Below, piece by piece: positions 1 to 10,511 of a DNA stretch of 64,000 nt (the stretch's first letter is position 1; each line of letters begins with the position of its first letter). The stretch comes from Methanobacteriota archaeon (GTDB taxonomy: Archaea; Thermoplasmatota; Poseidoniia; Poseidoniales; Poseidoniaceae). The DNA lies in the NCBI GenBank assembly GCA_018662825.1, contig JABJFI010000002.1, forward strand, positions 57-64,056. The letters are read 5' to 3'. Under the pieces are notes generated by a model. It was not told the origin of the DNA, searched no databases, and worked only from the letters and a program-made list of their open reading frames with translations. The position numbers and the translations under genes were made by a program.

Positions 1-390
1 CAAAGTATTCATGCTTTGACCGTGCTTTTCTGCATAGTTCATCGCATGATTGACCTTCAATCTTCGTTCGGCTGGATGTTCAACCGGCATCAATAATTGC
101 ATCCGTTCTCGAGTTGCTGCGCATGAAGCAAAAGAGACAATATCCTGCAGTAATGAACGATGTAAACGCTCAGCCTCTTTGGTCGCTAAGAATGAGCCTG
201 ATTGGCCAGCAACGATTCGAGCAAGTGATAAGGCACGCTTTGGAGACACGCCATCGATTTCCGCGATTCGAGCTATGTCACCTGATTTGAGCGAGGCGAT
301 GGCTTGTTCTTCACCACCGAAATGGTCGGTTATTTTTTGGGCAAGTCGTTGGCCAACTCCGGGTAAGGAACTCAGAACCATACGCGCCAT
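1..390 (-). CDS. helix-hairpin-helix (HhH2) DNA-binding protein, N-terminal ~130 aa only; ORF runs off the window start and is absent from the supplied ORF track
   Basis: Own translation of the minus strand from ATG at 390..388: MARMVLSSLPGVGQRLAQKITDHFGGEEQAIASLKSGDIARIAEIDGVSPKRALSLARIVAG... Two consecutive HhH motifs (LPGVGxxxAxKI and IDGVSxKRAxxLA). In-frame TGA two codons upstream of the ATG. No stop before position 1. Confidence 0.45.
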   Translation of the reverse strand, partial: MARMVLSSLPGVGQRLAQKITDHFGGEEQAIASLKSGDIARIAEIDGVSPKRALSLARIVAGQSGSFLATKEAERLHRSLLQDIVSFASCAATRERMQLLMPVEHPAERRLKVNHAMNYAEKHGQSMNTL

Positions 391-461
391 CGTTTGTCAA
401 GGGCTTTTGAGGATATTGCTCAAACTCCCACTATGAGGGGTTAAACTGAACAGATACGCCT

Positions 462-1865
462 TCACGAATAATCAGGTAGTTCAAGTTCAACTGCAAACAG
501 TGGGTCTGGGTCTGTAGAGTCGTGGTAAGCAACGACCACTCCGCCATCATTAAGGATTCCAAGTGATGCAAAATCAAAGCGAATATCATTTCCAGCACCA
601 GAGGTTGAATCAAGGTCTCCTTGGCCGATGTAGGTCAGGGTATCCGGAGTCATGTCTTCGGAATATCCTCTCACATGATAGACCATATCGACATCAGGGC
701 CGTCAGTGCTTTGGTAGCGAATATTGAGGATGAAGAGGTCTAAATCACCGTTGGCTTGGAATTCCCATTCTTCAATTGAAGAGGAAACTGCGCCCATGTC
801 ATATGTGTAATTATCCCATGTCATGGCTCCATCAGTTGACATATAATGTGTGAAGGTTGTTCCAGAATTCTCAACGCAGTGCAGAGTTCCTGCAGAATCA
901 AAGTGGCAATATTCTGAAGGGAATTGTACTTCTAACTCATTCCACGATAGTGTGGTATCCATGTAGGCAGCATTTCCATTTGTGTAGTAACTTGGGAATA
1001 TGAGTCCACCTGTTGGCATAGGGAATGCTCGCATTTCCTTATGCGGTTTGTTGACGTCATAGTAAGGGGTTAATCCATCTTCAGTGAAATTGAGGTCTAG
1101 TTCGATAATAGGGTCATTTGAATCTCTGCCTGTGAACTGGAATGGATAGTAATTCAATCCATCTACACTGATTTGGCCACCTGCATCTTGAGTTTGGTGC
1201 CAAAAGTTTGAGACAACAATGCTTGCCCAATCACCGTTTCCAATCGACGAAGTGATTGGTCCAACCACTTCAACTTGCCACGACCGGTCATAGAATGGTT
1301 CAGTCAAACGATTGTAACACCATTTCCATTCATCCTCTGATTCATCAAAGAGAATAGCATAGAATTTGTCGATTTTTCCATCGGCTCCAATATATGGGAA
1401 CCATGACATTGAGATGATATCACCATTTGTTGCTTGAACAATACTTCCCTCTCCAAGCCCTTCTTGGCCGGGGTTGGTTGGAACGGCTGTTACACATTGT
1501 CCAAGTGCTGGAAGGAACCCCGGAATGTAGGTGTCCCAAGCATGGCCGCGGTCTTCACTCCAAACTGGGTATTCTCCACCGATGTTGAGAATTAGCCCTT
1601 CGATAGTAGTAGCAAGATAATGTTCACAGCAATTTCCACCTTTACTGGCATCAAATACAGCCCAAGAGGTATTAGTTGATTCATTGGTTCGTAAATCTAC
1701 AGTCACAAACATTCGTGCGTCTTCATGCGAAGTTTGGTCAATCAGCGCATAGGATTCCCATAGTGAAACCATTACCTCTTCATCAACGAATTCTTCACCA
1801 CTACCGAAACATCCTGCCAACACCATGGAGGATACCAAAAGAATGGACAGTGCGATGCGACGCAT
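462..1865 (-). CDS. secreted lipoprotein with BNR/sialidase-like Asp-box motifs (function unknown)
   Basis: Track ORF 462..1946. The likely true start is the internal ATG at 1865, giving MRRIALSILLVSSMVLAGC (signal peptide plus lipobox Cys) and avoiding overlap with ileS. Asp-box-like motifs SEDRGHAW and STDGAMTW. W/Y/G/D-rich beta-type composition. Confidence 0.5.
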   Translation of the reverse strand: MRRIALSILLVSSMVLAGCFGSGEEFVDEEVMVSLWESYALIDQTSHEDARMFVTVDLRTNESTNTSWAVFDASKGGNCCEHYLATTIEGLILNIGGEYPVWSEDRGHAWDTYIPGFLPALGQCVTAVPTNPGQEGLGEGSIVQATNGDIISMSWFPYIGADGKIDKFYAILFDESEDEWKWCYNRLTEPFYDRSWQVEVVGPITSSIGNGDWASIVVSNFWHQTQDAGGQISVDGLNYYPFQFTGRDSNDPIIELDLNFTEDGLTPYYDVNKPHKEMRAFPMPTGGLIFPSYYTNGNAAYMDTTLSWNELEVQFPSEYCHFDSAGTLHCVENSGTTFTHYMSTDGAMTWDNYTYDMGAVSSSIEEWEFQANGDLDLFILNIRYQSTDGPDVDMVYHVRGYSEDMTPDTLTYIGQGDLDSTSGAGNDIRFDFASLGILNDGGVVVAYHDSTDPDPLFAVELELPDYS

Positions 1866-1927
1866 GATTTGGCGTAGTGCCTCATCTCTTTGAAGGCGTC
1901 GCAGGATTGAGATTAATGCTTTCAACC

Positions 1928-4900
1928 TTATTTGACAGCAAACCATACTGAAGTCCCATCGACTTCAAAGGTTTCAGCATCGCTTGGATGCTCTTCATCG
2001 CCCGAATGGAATACGGCAGCAGCAGCACGTGTTTCAGATACAATCCATTCACGGTCTTGCTCAAACATTTCTGGTGCATTTGCAGTCCAAATTTCCAAGT
2101 CAATGGTCGCTTCAATAGCAAGGTTGAGGTCTTTGCGCATGGCTTGGATTCGTCGAGTAATGTCTCGAGCCAAACCTTTGGAAAGAAGAGCGGGCGTGTC
2201 GTTCATATCAAGCACGAGACTGATTTGCTGTGCCTCATCACCTTGTCCAATCGTCATAGTAGATGCTGCAAAACCTTCGCGTTCAACCCGTCGGATTTCA
2301 ACATCGCTCTCTTCGATAGTAATACCCAAGATTTCACAGGTTCCAGCTTGAATGGCTGCAAACATTGCCGATGGGTCAGAAGCATTCTTGATTTCACCAG
2401 CAACAGCATTTACTTCGCTTCGTGCCTTTGGTGCAAGTGCACGGAAGTTTGGAGCGAGTTCAATTTGCTGGAAACGGTCGAGGTCATTTTCAACAGCAAT
2501 CGTTTCAACATTCAATTCTTCAGCCAGAATATCGTGGAACTCTTCCATATCAGGGCCTGAAACAATCCATCCTTGTGAACAAGGTAGGCGCTGTCTTCGA
2601 CCAGCCTCAACCCGAATACGTCGTCCGACTTCAGCAAGTTCTCTTACCAAGGCCATGGTCGTTTCAAGTGCAGAATCTTGAGGTGGAAGGTTAGCAGTAG
2701 CAGCGGCAGCATCTTCGTCCCATGAATCAGCAGTTGCCCCCTCAAGTGAGCCTGGAACTCCAAGTGGCCAAGCCGCTTGATGAACTGTTTCTCCTGTAAG
2801 GTTTCGATGAATTGTATCAACCATAAACGGACTGACAGGTGCCACAAGTCGGCATACGGTTGTCAAAATCTCATGAAGAGTATGTTGGCATGCGACTTTA
2901 TCGGTCGTTTCTGCATCATCCCAAAGTCGACGACGACTTCGACGAACATACCAATTAGAAACATCATTAACAATGAAATCTTCAAGATCACGGCAAGCCT
3001 TATGGAAATTCCAGCCCTTGAAATCAGCATGATAATTTTGAGCGGTTGTGGCAAGTCGAGACAATATCCAACGGTCAAGTGAAGGGCGAGAAGCAATTTC
3101 AGATGTTGATTGTTCGGGGTCGAAACCATCGAGCGCAGCGTAATCTGCATGGAACTTGTAGATGTTCCAGAGGGTCAAAAACATCTTTGCATAGGTTTCA
3201 CGCACCCCATTTGAATCGAATTTAAGTGGATTCCAAGGAGCGCCTGCTGTGACCATGTACCAGCGAGTAGCATCGGCCCCCTCACGATTGAAATGGTCCC
3301 ACGGGTCAACAATATTGCCACGGGATTTCGACATTTTCTTTCCTTCAGCATCGAGAATTAATCCAAGGCTCAAACAACGTTTGTAGGCAGGCTTGTCAAA
3401 CACGGTGGTAGAAACAGCGAGTAAAGTGTAGAACCACCCACGGGTTTGGTCTACACCTTCACAGATGTAATCAACTGGGAATGAAGCATCAAATATTTCA
3501 TTATCCTCAAAAGGATGATGCCACTGAGCGAAAGGAGCACAACCGGAATCAAACCAACAATCCATGACAAAAGGTTCTCTTTGCATCGGTTTTCCATCAT
3601 CAGAAACAAGAGTAAAGCCATCGACAATCGGGCGATGAAGGTCTACATCATCTGGACATTCTGGGTTTTCTATTCCAGCAGCAACTGCCTTGGCGACTTG
3701 CTCTTGAAGTTCAGCAATGGAGCCTATGCATTTCATGTTGCCTTCATCATCCCGCCAAACAGGAAGAGGTGTTCCCCAATATCGTTCACGGGAGATGGCC
3801 CAATCTTTGACATTGCGTAGCCATTCGCCGAATCGTCCTTCTCCAACCCAATCGGGGGCCCATTCAACTTCACTGTTGAACTCAAGAAGACGCTCTTTGA
3901 CTGCAGTCATTCGAACAAACCACGAATCCATCGCATAGTAGAGCAAAGGATGATCTGTTCTCCAACAGTGAGGATAATCGTGCAGATATGATTTTTCTCG
4001 GTAGAGCAGTCCACTTTCTGGACCTTTACCATTACTACCGCCAGAGGCGGAAAGAAGGTCGATGACAGTTTGGTCACAGTCCTTGACATAGCGACCATCG
4101 AGTTGTGGATGGGTCCCAGTGAGGAATGCACCATTCATGCCGACGGTATGGTATGCAGGCAATCCTGTTTCCATACCTAGATTGTAGTCATCTTCACCAT
4201 ACATGACGGCGGTATGTACGACTCCAGTTCCATCGGTTGTAGTCACCCAATCGGCTTCAAGAACAGTCCAAGCAGTAACTGAATCACCTCGAGGTACTGC
4301 ATCCGGGAATAGTGGCTCATATGCTCGCCCAACGAGAGATGAACCAGGGAATTCTTCGATGATTTCGACATTATGTCGAAGTACTTCTTTCATCAAATCT
4401 TTTGCCAAAATGATATCTTCTCCAACAGAAGCACCACCAGCACCAATCCAATTTTCGGCTTGCTCAGTGACTCTTGCACGAACATAGGTAACTTCAGGCC
4501 CAACCGCCAATCCTACATTTCCTGGGAGTGTCCATGGGGTTGTAGTCCATGCCAAAATGCTTGCCGAATCATCGACGAGTTTGAACTTGACATAGACGGA
4601 CGGTTCTTCCACTTCCTTGTATCCAAGAGCCACTTCGTGGCTTGAGTATGAGGTTCCAGTCTGCGGGCAGTATGGGAGAACTTTGTGTCCGCGATACAGC
4701 AAACCCTTGTCGAACATTTGTTTCATAGCCCACCAGCATGATTCAACATAATTGTTGTCAAGCGTAACATAAGGATTGTCTAAATCGACCCAGTATGCCA
4801 TTCGTTCAGTCATTTCTCTCCAAGCAGTTTCATATGTCCATACGGAATCTCGACACGCTTGGTTGAAGTTATCCATTCCGAAGGCTTCAATCGCTTCTTT

Positions 4901-5221
4901 GGACATCAAGTCCATTCGCTTTTGAACTTCGATTTCAACAGGTAGGCCGTGGGTATCCCAACCACCTTTTCGTTCTACTCGAAAACCTTCCATCGTCTTC
5001 CATCGGCAAACGAGATCCTTGTAGGCTCGTGCAACAACATGGTGAATACCTGGTTTTCCGTTGGCAGTTGGTGGTCCTTCAAGAAAGATAAATGGAGCTC
5101 CATTGCGGTTGGTTTCAATGGATTGTTGGAATGCATTTTCCGTTTTCCATGCTTCCAACAAAGATGTTTCGAGCGCGACAGCGTCGAGTTCACCTGCAGA
5201 TTTAGGACGTGCCATAGCCAT
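1928..5221 (-). CDS. ileS: isoleucyl-tRNA synthetase (class I, archaeal/eukaryal-type length)
   Basis: HIGH-type motif PPTANGKPGIHH near the N-terminus and KMSKS motif KMSKSRGN. 1097 aa. Editing-domain-sized insertion. Confidence 0.9.
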   Translation of the reverse strand: MAMARPKSAGELDAVALETSLLEAWKTENAFQQSIETNRNGAPFIFLEGPPTANGKPGIHHVVARAYKDLVCRWKTMEGFRVERKGGWDTHGLPVEIEVQKRMDLMSKEAIEAFGMDNFNQACRDSVWTYETAWREMTERMAYWVDLDNPYVTLDNNYVESCWWAMKQMFDKGLLYRGHKVLPYCPQTGTSYSSHEVALGYKEVEEPSVYVKFKLVDDSASILAWTTTPWTLPGNVGLAVGPEVTYVRARVTEQAENWIGAGGASVGEDIILAKDLMKEVLRHNVEIIEEFPGSSLVGRAYEPLFPDAVPRGDSVTAWTVLEADWVTTTDGTGVVHTAVMYGEDDYNLGMETGLPAYHTVGMNGAFLTGTHPQLDGRYVKDCDQTVIDLLSASGGSNGKGPESGLLYREKSYLHDYPHCWRTDHPLLYYAMDSWFVRMTAVKERLLEFNSEVEWAPDWVGEGRFGEWLRNVKDWAISRERYWGTPLPVWRDDEGNMKCIGSIAELQEQVAKAVAAGIENPECPDDVDLHRPIVDGFTLVSDDGKPMQREPFVMDCWFDSGCAPFAQWHHPFEDNEIFDASFPVDYICEGVDQTRGWFYTLLAVSTTVFDKPAYKRCLSLGLILDAEGKKMSKSRGNIVDPWDHFNREGADATRWYMVTAGAPWNPLKFDSNGVRETYAKMFLTLWNIYKFHADYAALDGFDPEQSTSEIASRPSLDRWILSRLATTAQNYHADFKGWNFHKACRDLEDFIVNDVSNWYVRRSRRRLWDDAETTDKVACQHTLHEILTTVCRLVAPVSPFMVDTIHRNLTGETVHQAAWPLGVPGSLEGATADSWDEDAAAATANLPPQDSALETTMALVRELAEVGRRIRVEAGRRQRLPCSQGWIVSGPDMEEFHDILAEELNVETIAVENDLDRFQQIELAPNFRALAPKARSEVNAVAGEIKNASDPSAMFAAIQAGTCEILGITIEESDVEIRRVEREGFAASTMTIGQGDEAQQISLVLDMNDTPALLSKGLARDITRRIQAMRKDLNLAIEATIDLEIWTANAPEMFEQDREWIVSETRAAAAVFHSGDEEHPSDAETFEVDGTSVWFAVK

Positions 5222-5376
5222 GCGAGAAGAGTTTTTGTCTTGAACCTCACCCTTGTTTTCCTAAGTAAAAATGAACATTGAAGTTGTTTCAGATGTATTG
5301 GTATTAGCGTGGTAGGATAAAATAATCAGAAAAATTGCGGGGTATGTTTGAAGTCCTTTAACCGACAGGGGAGAGT

Positions 5377-8300
5377 ATGACGGGGTCTTCATCGCGCCGT
5401 GGGGCATTGCTCCTCACACTCTTGATGCTGTTTGGAGGGCCTTTGCAAACCATGCTGAGCGAACCTTCTTCCGTTACTGAAATGCCTACATTTTTGGAGG
5501 ATGAAGAAACGATTCTTTTGGCTGGAACTGGAGATGACGCGATAATTCAATTGTCCGGTTCAGGTTCGTATTCTGAATTATTCACTGTTGAGGTGCCAAG
5601 TAATGCTCCGGTAACCGATATTCATCTTTCCATGAAACCATCTGTAGATGTTACGCAACAAGGTTTTGTCTGGGATGATAATACCATTTGGTCGCACAGT
5701 AGTACGACCAATAACGGCACTTTTGTGCTTGATAATGTGTTGACGGGTAACGGTGCAGGAACATTGTGGGATTTCAATACGAATGCTGCAGGATGGAGTT
5801 TTTCAAATTCATATTCATCTCGTGTAACTTCTCCCGGGTGTGGATATAACGGTAGTTCTGGAGGTTCGATTCGGACCTATGCAGGTTCAACATATGCAAC
5901 ATCACCTGTCAATGATTTTTCGGGAGTTTCTGCAATGCCGCTCCATGTATGGGTGCGACAAGGTTCCAGTTCTTGCGGTGAAGAACCAGATTCCAACGAG
6001 GATTTGAAAATTCAATACCGCACTGCTAGCAATACTTGGACGAATCTTCATACATTCTCTGGAAGTCCGACGAGTAGTAATACCGCGACCCAATATATGA
6101 CAAATCTTCCAGCCGCTGCACTTCATTCCAATACCCAAATCCGCTTCCACCAGACTGGTGGTTCGGGAACTTGTTGCGACTATTGGTTTGTCGATGACGT
6201 ACATTTCGCCACACCACCTTCGGCAGAATGGACCAGCCCAACCATTGGATTTGCCGCCAGTTCATTCCAAGATGTTGAACAAGGGCCATGGGCGCCAATT
6301 TACCTTAATGCTGAAGTTCCAACCGGCGCAAATCTCAACTGGACAGTTCTTGATGGAACTACAGGAAATCCAATCTCTGGAATGACAGGGAACGGTGCAG
6401 GTTGGATTCCACTGAATGGATTGGATTGGCACAGCGTCACATCCATCCGCTTGAATCTATTTTTTGAGCCATCTCCAAATGGTCAAATGGCCAGCATTCA
6501 TTCGATCAGTGGCGATGGCCAATACGCCGTTTCAGCCAATTATCCTCAAGCGTTTGATGGCTGGTCGGCCAATGGAAGTAGTGCCTATTTCGTTCCGAGT
6601 ACGGATTCGTATGATGGAATGGTTAACGACCAATTCATTTCTCCGTGGTTCTCTGCATCTGCGGCCCTTGCCGAGATTTATGTCGATGCTACAACCATTC
6701 TTTCACAAGCACAAATTCGAACATCACCTGCCGACAACTGGACCAATATCACTTTGCCCTATTCGTTGAACTTACTCGGCAGTGAAGGCACAGTTGGAGC
6801 CTATCAAGTTCAATTCGTTGCTGCTTCAAACAGCACTACCGATGTTTGGCAAGTCTTTGATTTTGAAACAGGAGCATATGGAGGATTACAGCCTGCGGCT
6901 CCCGCTATCGATTTTGGTCAAGACTCTCTCTTTGAATGGGGTGGAAGCGATGCACGCGTTGGTTCATGGGGTTGGCAAGACCGTTTTGAAAATGGCCAAA
7001 CTTCGATTGCAGCCAATCCAGGCATTGGTGGTAGTTCCACTGTCAAGGCTTGGATTCCGGCGACTGAACTCAGCAGTTTTTGTTTCAGTGCACTCTCAAG
7101 CAATGGTGATTTAGCGGCGTTATCTCTCGTTCATGATGGCACTATTGTGGCGAATTGGACCATAGAAAGCGGTTCAAGTTATTTCATTCTTGACCAAACT
7201 CAACTTGCAGAGTTGAATGCAGCCATCGCAGGAACCTCGTCATTAGTTAGCGCTCTTGGGACTTATTTCACTGAAGTTGAATTCGAAGTCTTTGGTTCTG
7301 GAAATGTCACCTTAGCAGGCCTCGGCATTCCTTATGAGGCTTCAAAATCCCTTATTGCACCGGTTGATTCCTCGTTTGTTTTGGAAATGAATGGAGCTAG
7401 ATATGGTTTGCCAGCAATTGGTGGCGTCCATAACATTCCTTTGCCTATTACTTCAGAAACCTCAGGTGGACTTCATATTTCCATCGAGGGATTGAACACT
7501 TCTTCAAGCGTTCAATTGCTCAACATGAACATGCACACCGATGCACTCATTCTAACACCAAGTCAACGCTGGCAAACGATGGAAACTACCTTTGATGTCT
7601 TTTCCTCTTCAGCCACTACTGCACGCCTCGATGTAGTTGGAGGCGGAAATTCAGCAACTTGGTTACTGCCACTCAATGGCGGCTCTCCAATTGGTACAGG
7701 GGATTCAGCACTTGTTGAATTGCATCCAACTTCTGCCGTAACAAGTTTCGAAAGTGGGACTTCAATAACCATGAATATCACCTTTAGAATTGAACCATCT
7801 TGGGATGATTCAGACACCATTAAGGCGTCTTCACGATTGTTACTTGCAAATGGAGTACTTTCCATTCCCGCTTTGTATACTTGGGGCGGAATGGGTTCAC
7901 AAGGCTTTGAAAATGATTTGGAAATCAAGGATGTCATCTTCAAGGATTCCTACAATATTGAATTAGAACCTACAGACTATTATCTCAAAGCAGGTTCAAC
8001 TGTTCAAATTGAAATTCAAATTGGTTTTGAAGGCATGAACACCGATGATGCATTTGCTGATGGCGATGCAATTGTTGAATTTTATCGCGGTGAAACTCTG
8101 GTCGCAAATACCACCATACTCGATGGAAACATGTGGAACATTACCGACAACATCCCCTTTACCTTTGGTGCGATGGTTTGGCATTTCGAAGTTAAACCAA
8201 TCAATGGTTCTGGTACAACGTCTGCGGCGGTATTTACACGAACCTTCCATATTGATTCGATTACTCCACAAGTGCTTGATGTTAACATGGACCGCTATGA

Positions 8301-10494
8301 CCACCGCCTGCCATCTACGACTCAAACCATTCAAATCCAGATATCGGACCAACCTATCTTACCTCAGAACATCCATGCCATGGTTTGGCGAGAATGGATA
8401 GATGATGACAACTTCAACCATTGGCCTGATGAAAATGAATACCACCAAGTTGCTTTGTATATCCCAAATAACCTCACGACTCTAATCGGGCAATACACTT
8501 TGATGATGGACGATACCGGTGGAAGCCTTGGACAGAAAGTATCGGTTTATCTGGCTGGTTCTGATAATGCCGGTCATCCATTGGAGAATGGAGGTGCAAA
8601 TATTTCTGGTGAGCAGTTATTCATGTATCAACTAGCAATTGACGGCCCACCAACTGTTGCCTCGAATGCGTTTTCTTTTGATGGTGGCAAGAAACCATGG
8701 TTACACCCCGAAATGTCTTATGTCTTTGATGTCGATATTTCTGAGCCCAACGGTGGTTCTGACTTGGCCACTGTTGTTGTTGAATTGGCGTCAAACCAAG
8801 GAAGTGACCCACTTCCAATTCGATGGGACTTCACAACTGGCAATTGCACTACAACCAGCCCCCACGTCTTGATTCAAGAATGTGAGATGCGAGGTGCAAA
8901 CGGCCCTGCTGACCCTTTTGAACGGGACATGTCTCTTCATGTCGAACTGATACTCGCATGGACCACTCCAGATTTAGGTGAGACTCACAGAGAACCTGGA
9001 ATTCATGTTATTGACCGAGCAGGACAAGAAGTATTCCACGCCTTCCCAGAACATCGTTGGCGCTTCTCTGCGGCAATGGAGATTCCTGAAGAAAGCGTCA
9101 CTTTGATTCTTTCACAAGGCACATTACTCGGTGATGGAGCCCGTTTAGCACCGAACAGCCCATTGGAAGTTGCCGGTGGCGTGGTCTTCGCTGAAACGGG
9201 ATTGATTCCGCAATTTGATTGCCAAATCAATGTCTTGTTTGCCGGCTCGACAACTTCAGCCAGTTCACTCGAAGGAATTTGGTCGGTTGAATTACAAGCA
9301 CCTTCCACAACCATGACCATTCCCATGACGTGGAGCGTTGGCTGTCTAGAAGGGCAAGGTGTGGATGTGACAAATCAAGAAACCTCAGTTCGTTGGATTA
9401 TTGTTGACGGAACGGGTCCAGAACCTGTTGAAGTTTCCAACCCGCGTCCACTATCTGTTCTTGAAGCCGAATCCCATGAAGTTAGAGTCCTTCTTTCCGA
9501 AGCAGGCGGTTTAGATATTGATTCACTTGAATTGGTTTGGTGGGTTGAAGAGAAAGCAACTGGAGACCGTTTGCGAGATGGAGTTGAACCATTATCACTA
9601 ATCGGCACAGATATTTCGGGATTACGTTTGGAAGTTGTTGGTTCGATGGATTTGAGTGAAGTTACGCCTGAAATGTTGGAAAACCGACTTTCAGTTCACA
9701 TTGTTGTCACCGGCCGAGATTTGGCTGACAATGAAGTGCTCGGTCTAGGAGGGACTCCTGCTGGAACACCTGTTGGTGTATGGGATATGGTGTGGCTGAA
9801 ACCAGAATTCTCTTTGCAAGGTTCTTCAATCAGCTATTCCCGTTTACTAGTCGAGGTAGGTCAAACATCGATTGTCACGGCCTATGTTGAAAACACGGGT
9901 TCTCTAAACGGTTCAGTTGAAGTAGTCTTTACCGAAGTTCACATGGATGGAAACCGTTCTACGCTCCGCCGAATGACTGTTGAAGTCCCAACGGGAGGTG
10001 GGGTGCCGGTTTCGACCGATTGGAATCCATCCATGCCAGGTTTGCAATGGGTAGAGGTTCAATTGGAATTAGGTTCTACTTCTATTGGCCCATCGATTGA
10101 TGTTCGACCGCAACGCGAAGAATCATTCACAGAGAGGGTCTTTGGTGATGTTCACCCTGTATTGGGGACATTTGCTGGTCTGCTATTCCTCTCAATTGTA
10201 ATTACCGGATTGGTTTGGGCTCGGCGCATGACATTGAACCGCGGTTCAAAACTCGAATATGATTGGGATGAATATTCATCTGAATTTGAAGATGATGAGA
10301 ACTATGGCGAAGAATCACACAATACGGCTGTAGAAAGTGAAGCAGCACCTGCAGCAGCCGTTGAAAACGCTACAGCATCTGTTGAAGAAACCGATTGGGT
10401 AATGGGCTCTGATGGCTACTGGTGGTATCATGATAAAGTCACCAACGAATGGTGGTACAAGAATGCTGAAGGCGAAATCGTCCAACACAACTGA
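5377..10494 (+). CDS. giant (1705 aa) secreted surface protein with N-terminal signal peptide, many N-glycosylation sequons, one C-terminal TM anchor and an acidic/Trp-rich cytoplasmic tail
   Basis: Signal peptide MTGSSSRRGALLLTLLMLFGGPLQT. Ser/Thr/Asn-rich beta-type sequence throughout. C-terminal hydrophobic helix VLGTFAGLLFLSIVITGLVWA followed by RRMTLNRGSK and an acidic tail. GGAGAG Shine-Dalgarno-like sequence 5 nt upstream. Confidence 0.8.
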   Translation: MTGSSSRRGALLLTLLMLFGGPLQTMLSEPSSVTEMPTFLEDEETILLAGTGDDAIIQLSGSGSYSELFTVEVPSNAPVTDIHLSMKPSVDVTQQGFVWDDNTIWSHSSTTNNGTFVLDNVLTGNGAGTLWDFNTNAAGWSFSNSYSSRVTSPGCGYNGSSGGSIRTYAGSTYATSPVNDFSGVSAMPLHVWVRQGSSSCGEEPDSNEDLKIQYRTASNTWTNLHTFSGSPTSSNTATQYMTNLPAAALHSNTQIRFHQTGGSGTCCDYWFVDDVHFATPPSAEWTSPTIGFAASSFQDVEQGPWAPIYLNAEVPTGANLNWTVLDGTTGNPISGMTGNGAGWIPLNGLDWHSVTSIRLNLFFEPSPNGQMASIHSISGDGQYAVSANYPQAFDGWSANGSSAYFVPSTDSYDGMVNDQFISPWFSASAALAEIYVDATTILSQAQIRTSPADNWTNITLPYSLNLLGSEGTVGAYQVQFVAASNSTTDVWQVFDFETGAYGGLQPAAPAIDFGQDSLFEWGGSDARVGSWGWQDRFENGQTSIAANPGIGGSSTVKAWIPATELSSFCFSALSSNGDLAALSLVHDGTIVANWTIESGSSYFILDQTQLAELNAAIAGTSSLVSALGTYFTEVEFEVFGSGNVTLAGLGIPYEASKSLIAPVDSSFVLEMNGARYGLPAIGGVHNIPLPITSETSGGLHISIEGLNTSSSVQLLNMNMHTDALILTPSQRWQTMETTFDVFSSSATTARLDVVGGGNSATWLLPLNGGSPIGTGDSALVELHPTSAVTSFESGTSITMNITFRIEPSWDDSDTIKASSRLLLANGVLSIPALYTWGGMGSQGFENDLEIKDVIFKDSYNIELEPTDYYLKAGSTVQIEIQIGFEGMNTDDAFADGDAIVEFYRGETLVANTTILDGNMWNITDNIPFTFGAMVWHFEVKPINGSGTTSAAVFTRTFHIDSITPQVLDVNMDRYDHRLPSTTQTIQIQISDQPILPQNIHAMVWREWIDDDNFNHWPDENEYHQVALYIPNNLTTLIGQYTLMMDDTGGSLGQKVSVYLAGSDNAGHPLENGGANISGEQLFMYQLAIDGPPTVASNAFSFDGGKKPWLHPEMSYVFDVDISEPNGGSDLATVVVELASNQGSDPLPIRWDFTTGNCTTTSPHVLIQECEMRGANGPADPFERDMSLHVELILAWTTPDLGETHREPGIHVIDRAGQEVFHAFPEHRWRFSAAMEIPEESVTLILSQGTLLGDGARLAPNSPLEVAGGVVFAETGLIPQFDCQINVLFAGSTTSASSLEGIWSVELQAPSTTMTIPMTWSVGCLEGQGVDVTNQETSVRWIIVDGTGPEPVEVSNPRPLSVLEAESHEVRVLLSEAGGLDIDSLELVWWVEEKATGDRLRDGVEPLSLIGTDISGLRLEVVGSMDLSEVTPEMLENRLSVHIVVTGRDLADNEVLGLGGTPAGTPVGVWDMVWLKPEFSLQGSSISYSRLLVEVGQTSIVTAYVENTGSLNGSVEVVFTEVHMDGNRSTLRRMTVEVPTGGGVPVSTDWNPSMPGLQWVEVQLELGSTSIGPSIDVRPQREESFTERVFGDVHPVLGTFAGLLFLSIVITGLVWARRMTLNRGSKLEYDWDEYSSEFEDDENYGEESHNTAVESEAAPAAAVENATASVEETDWVMGSDGYWWYHDKVTNEWWYKNAEGEIVQHN

Positions 10495-10511
10495 CGTCTT
10501 GGAGTGATACA

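Noticed and set aside
50-436. Track ORF 50..436 (+), 128 aa
   Set aside because: Antisense to the minus-strand HhH2 gene (1..390), which has a clean ATG, an upstream in-frame stop and recognisable motifs. The plus-strand product is Ser/Arg/Cys-rich with no features.
1932-5281. Several plus-strand track ORFs (1932..2351, 1988..2560, 2352..2681, 2422..2694, 4203..4487, 4949..5281 etc.) and small minus-strand ORFs inside ileS
   Set aside because: All lie within or antisense to the 1097-aa ileS ORF, which has HIGH/KMSKS motifs. They are typical shadow ORFs.
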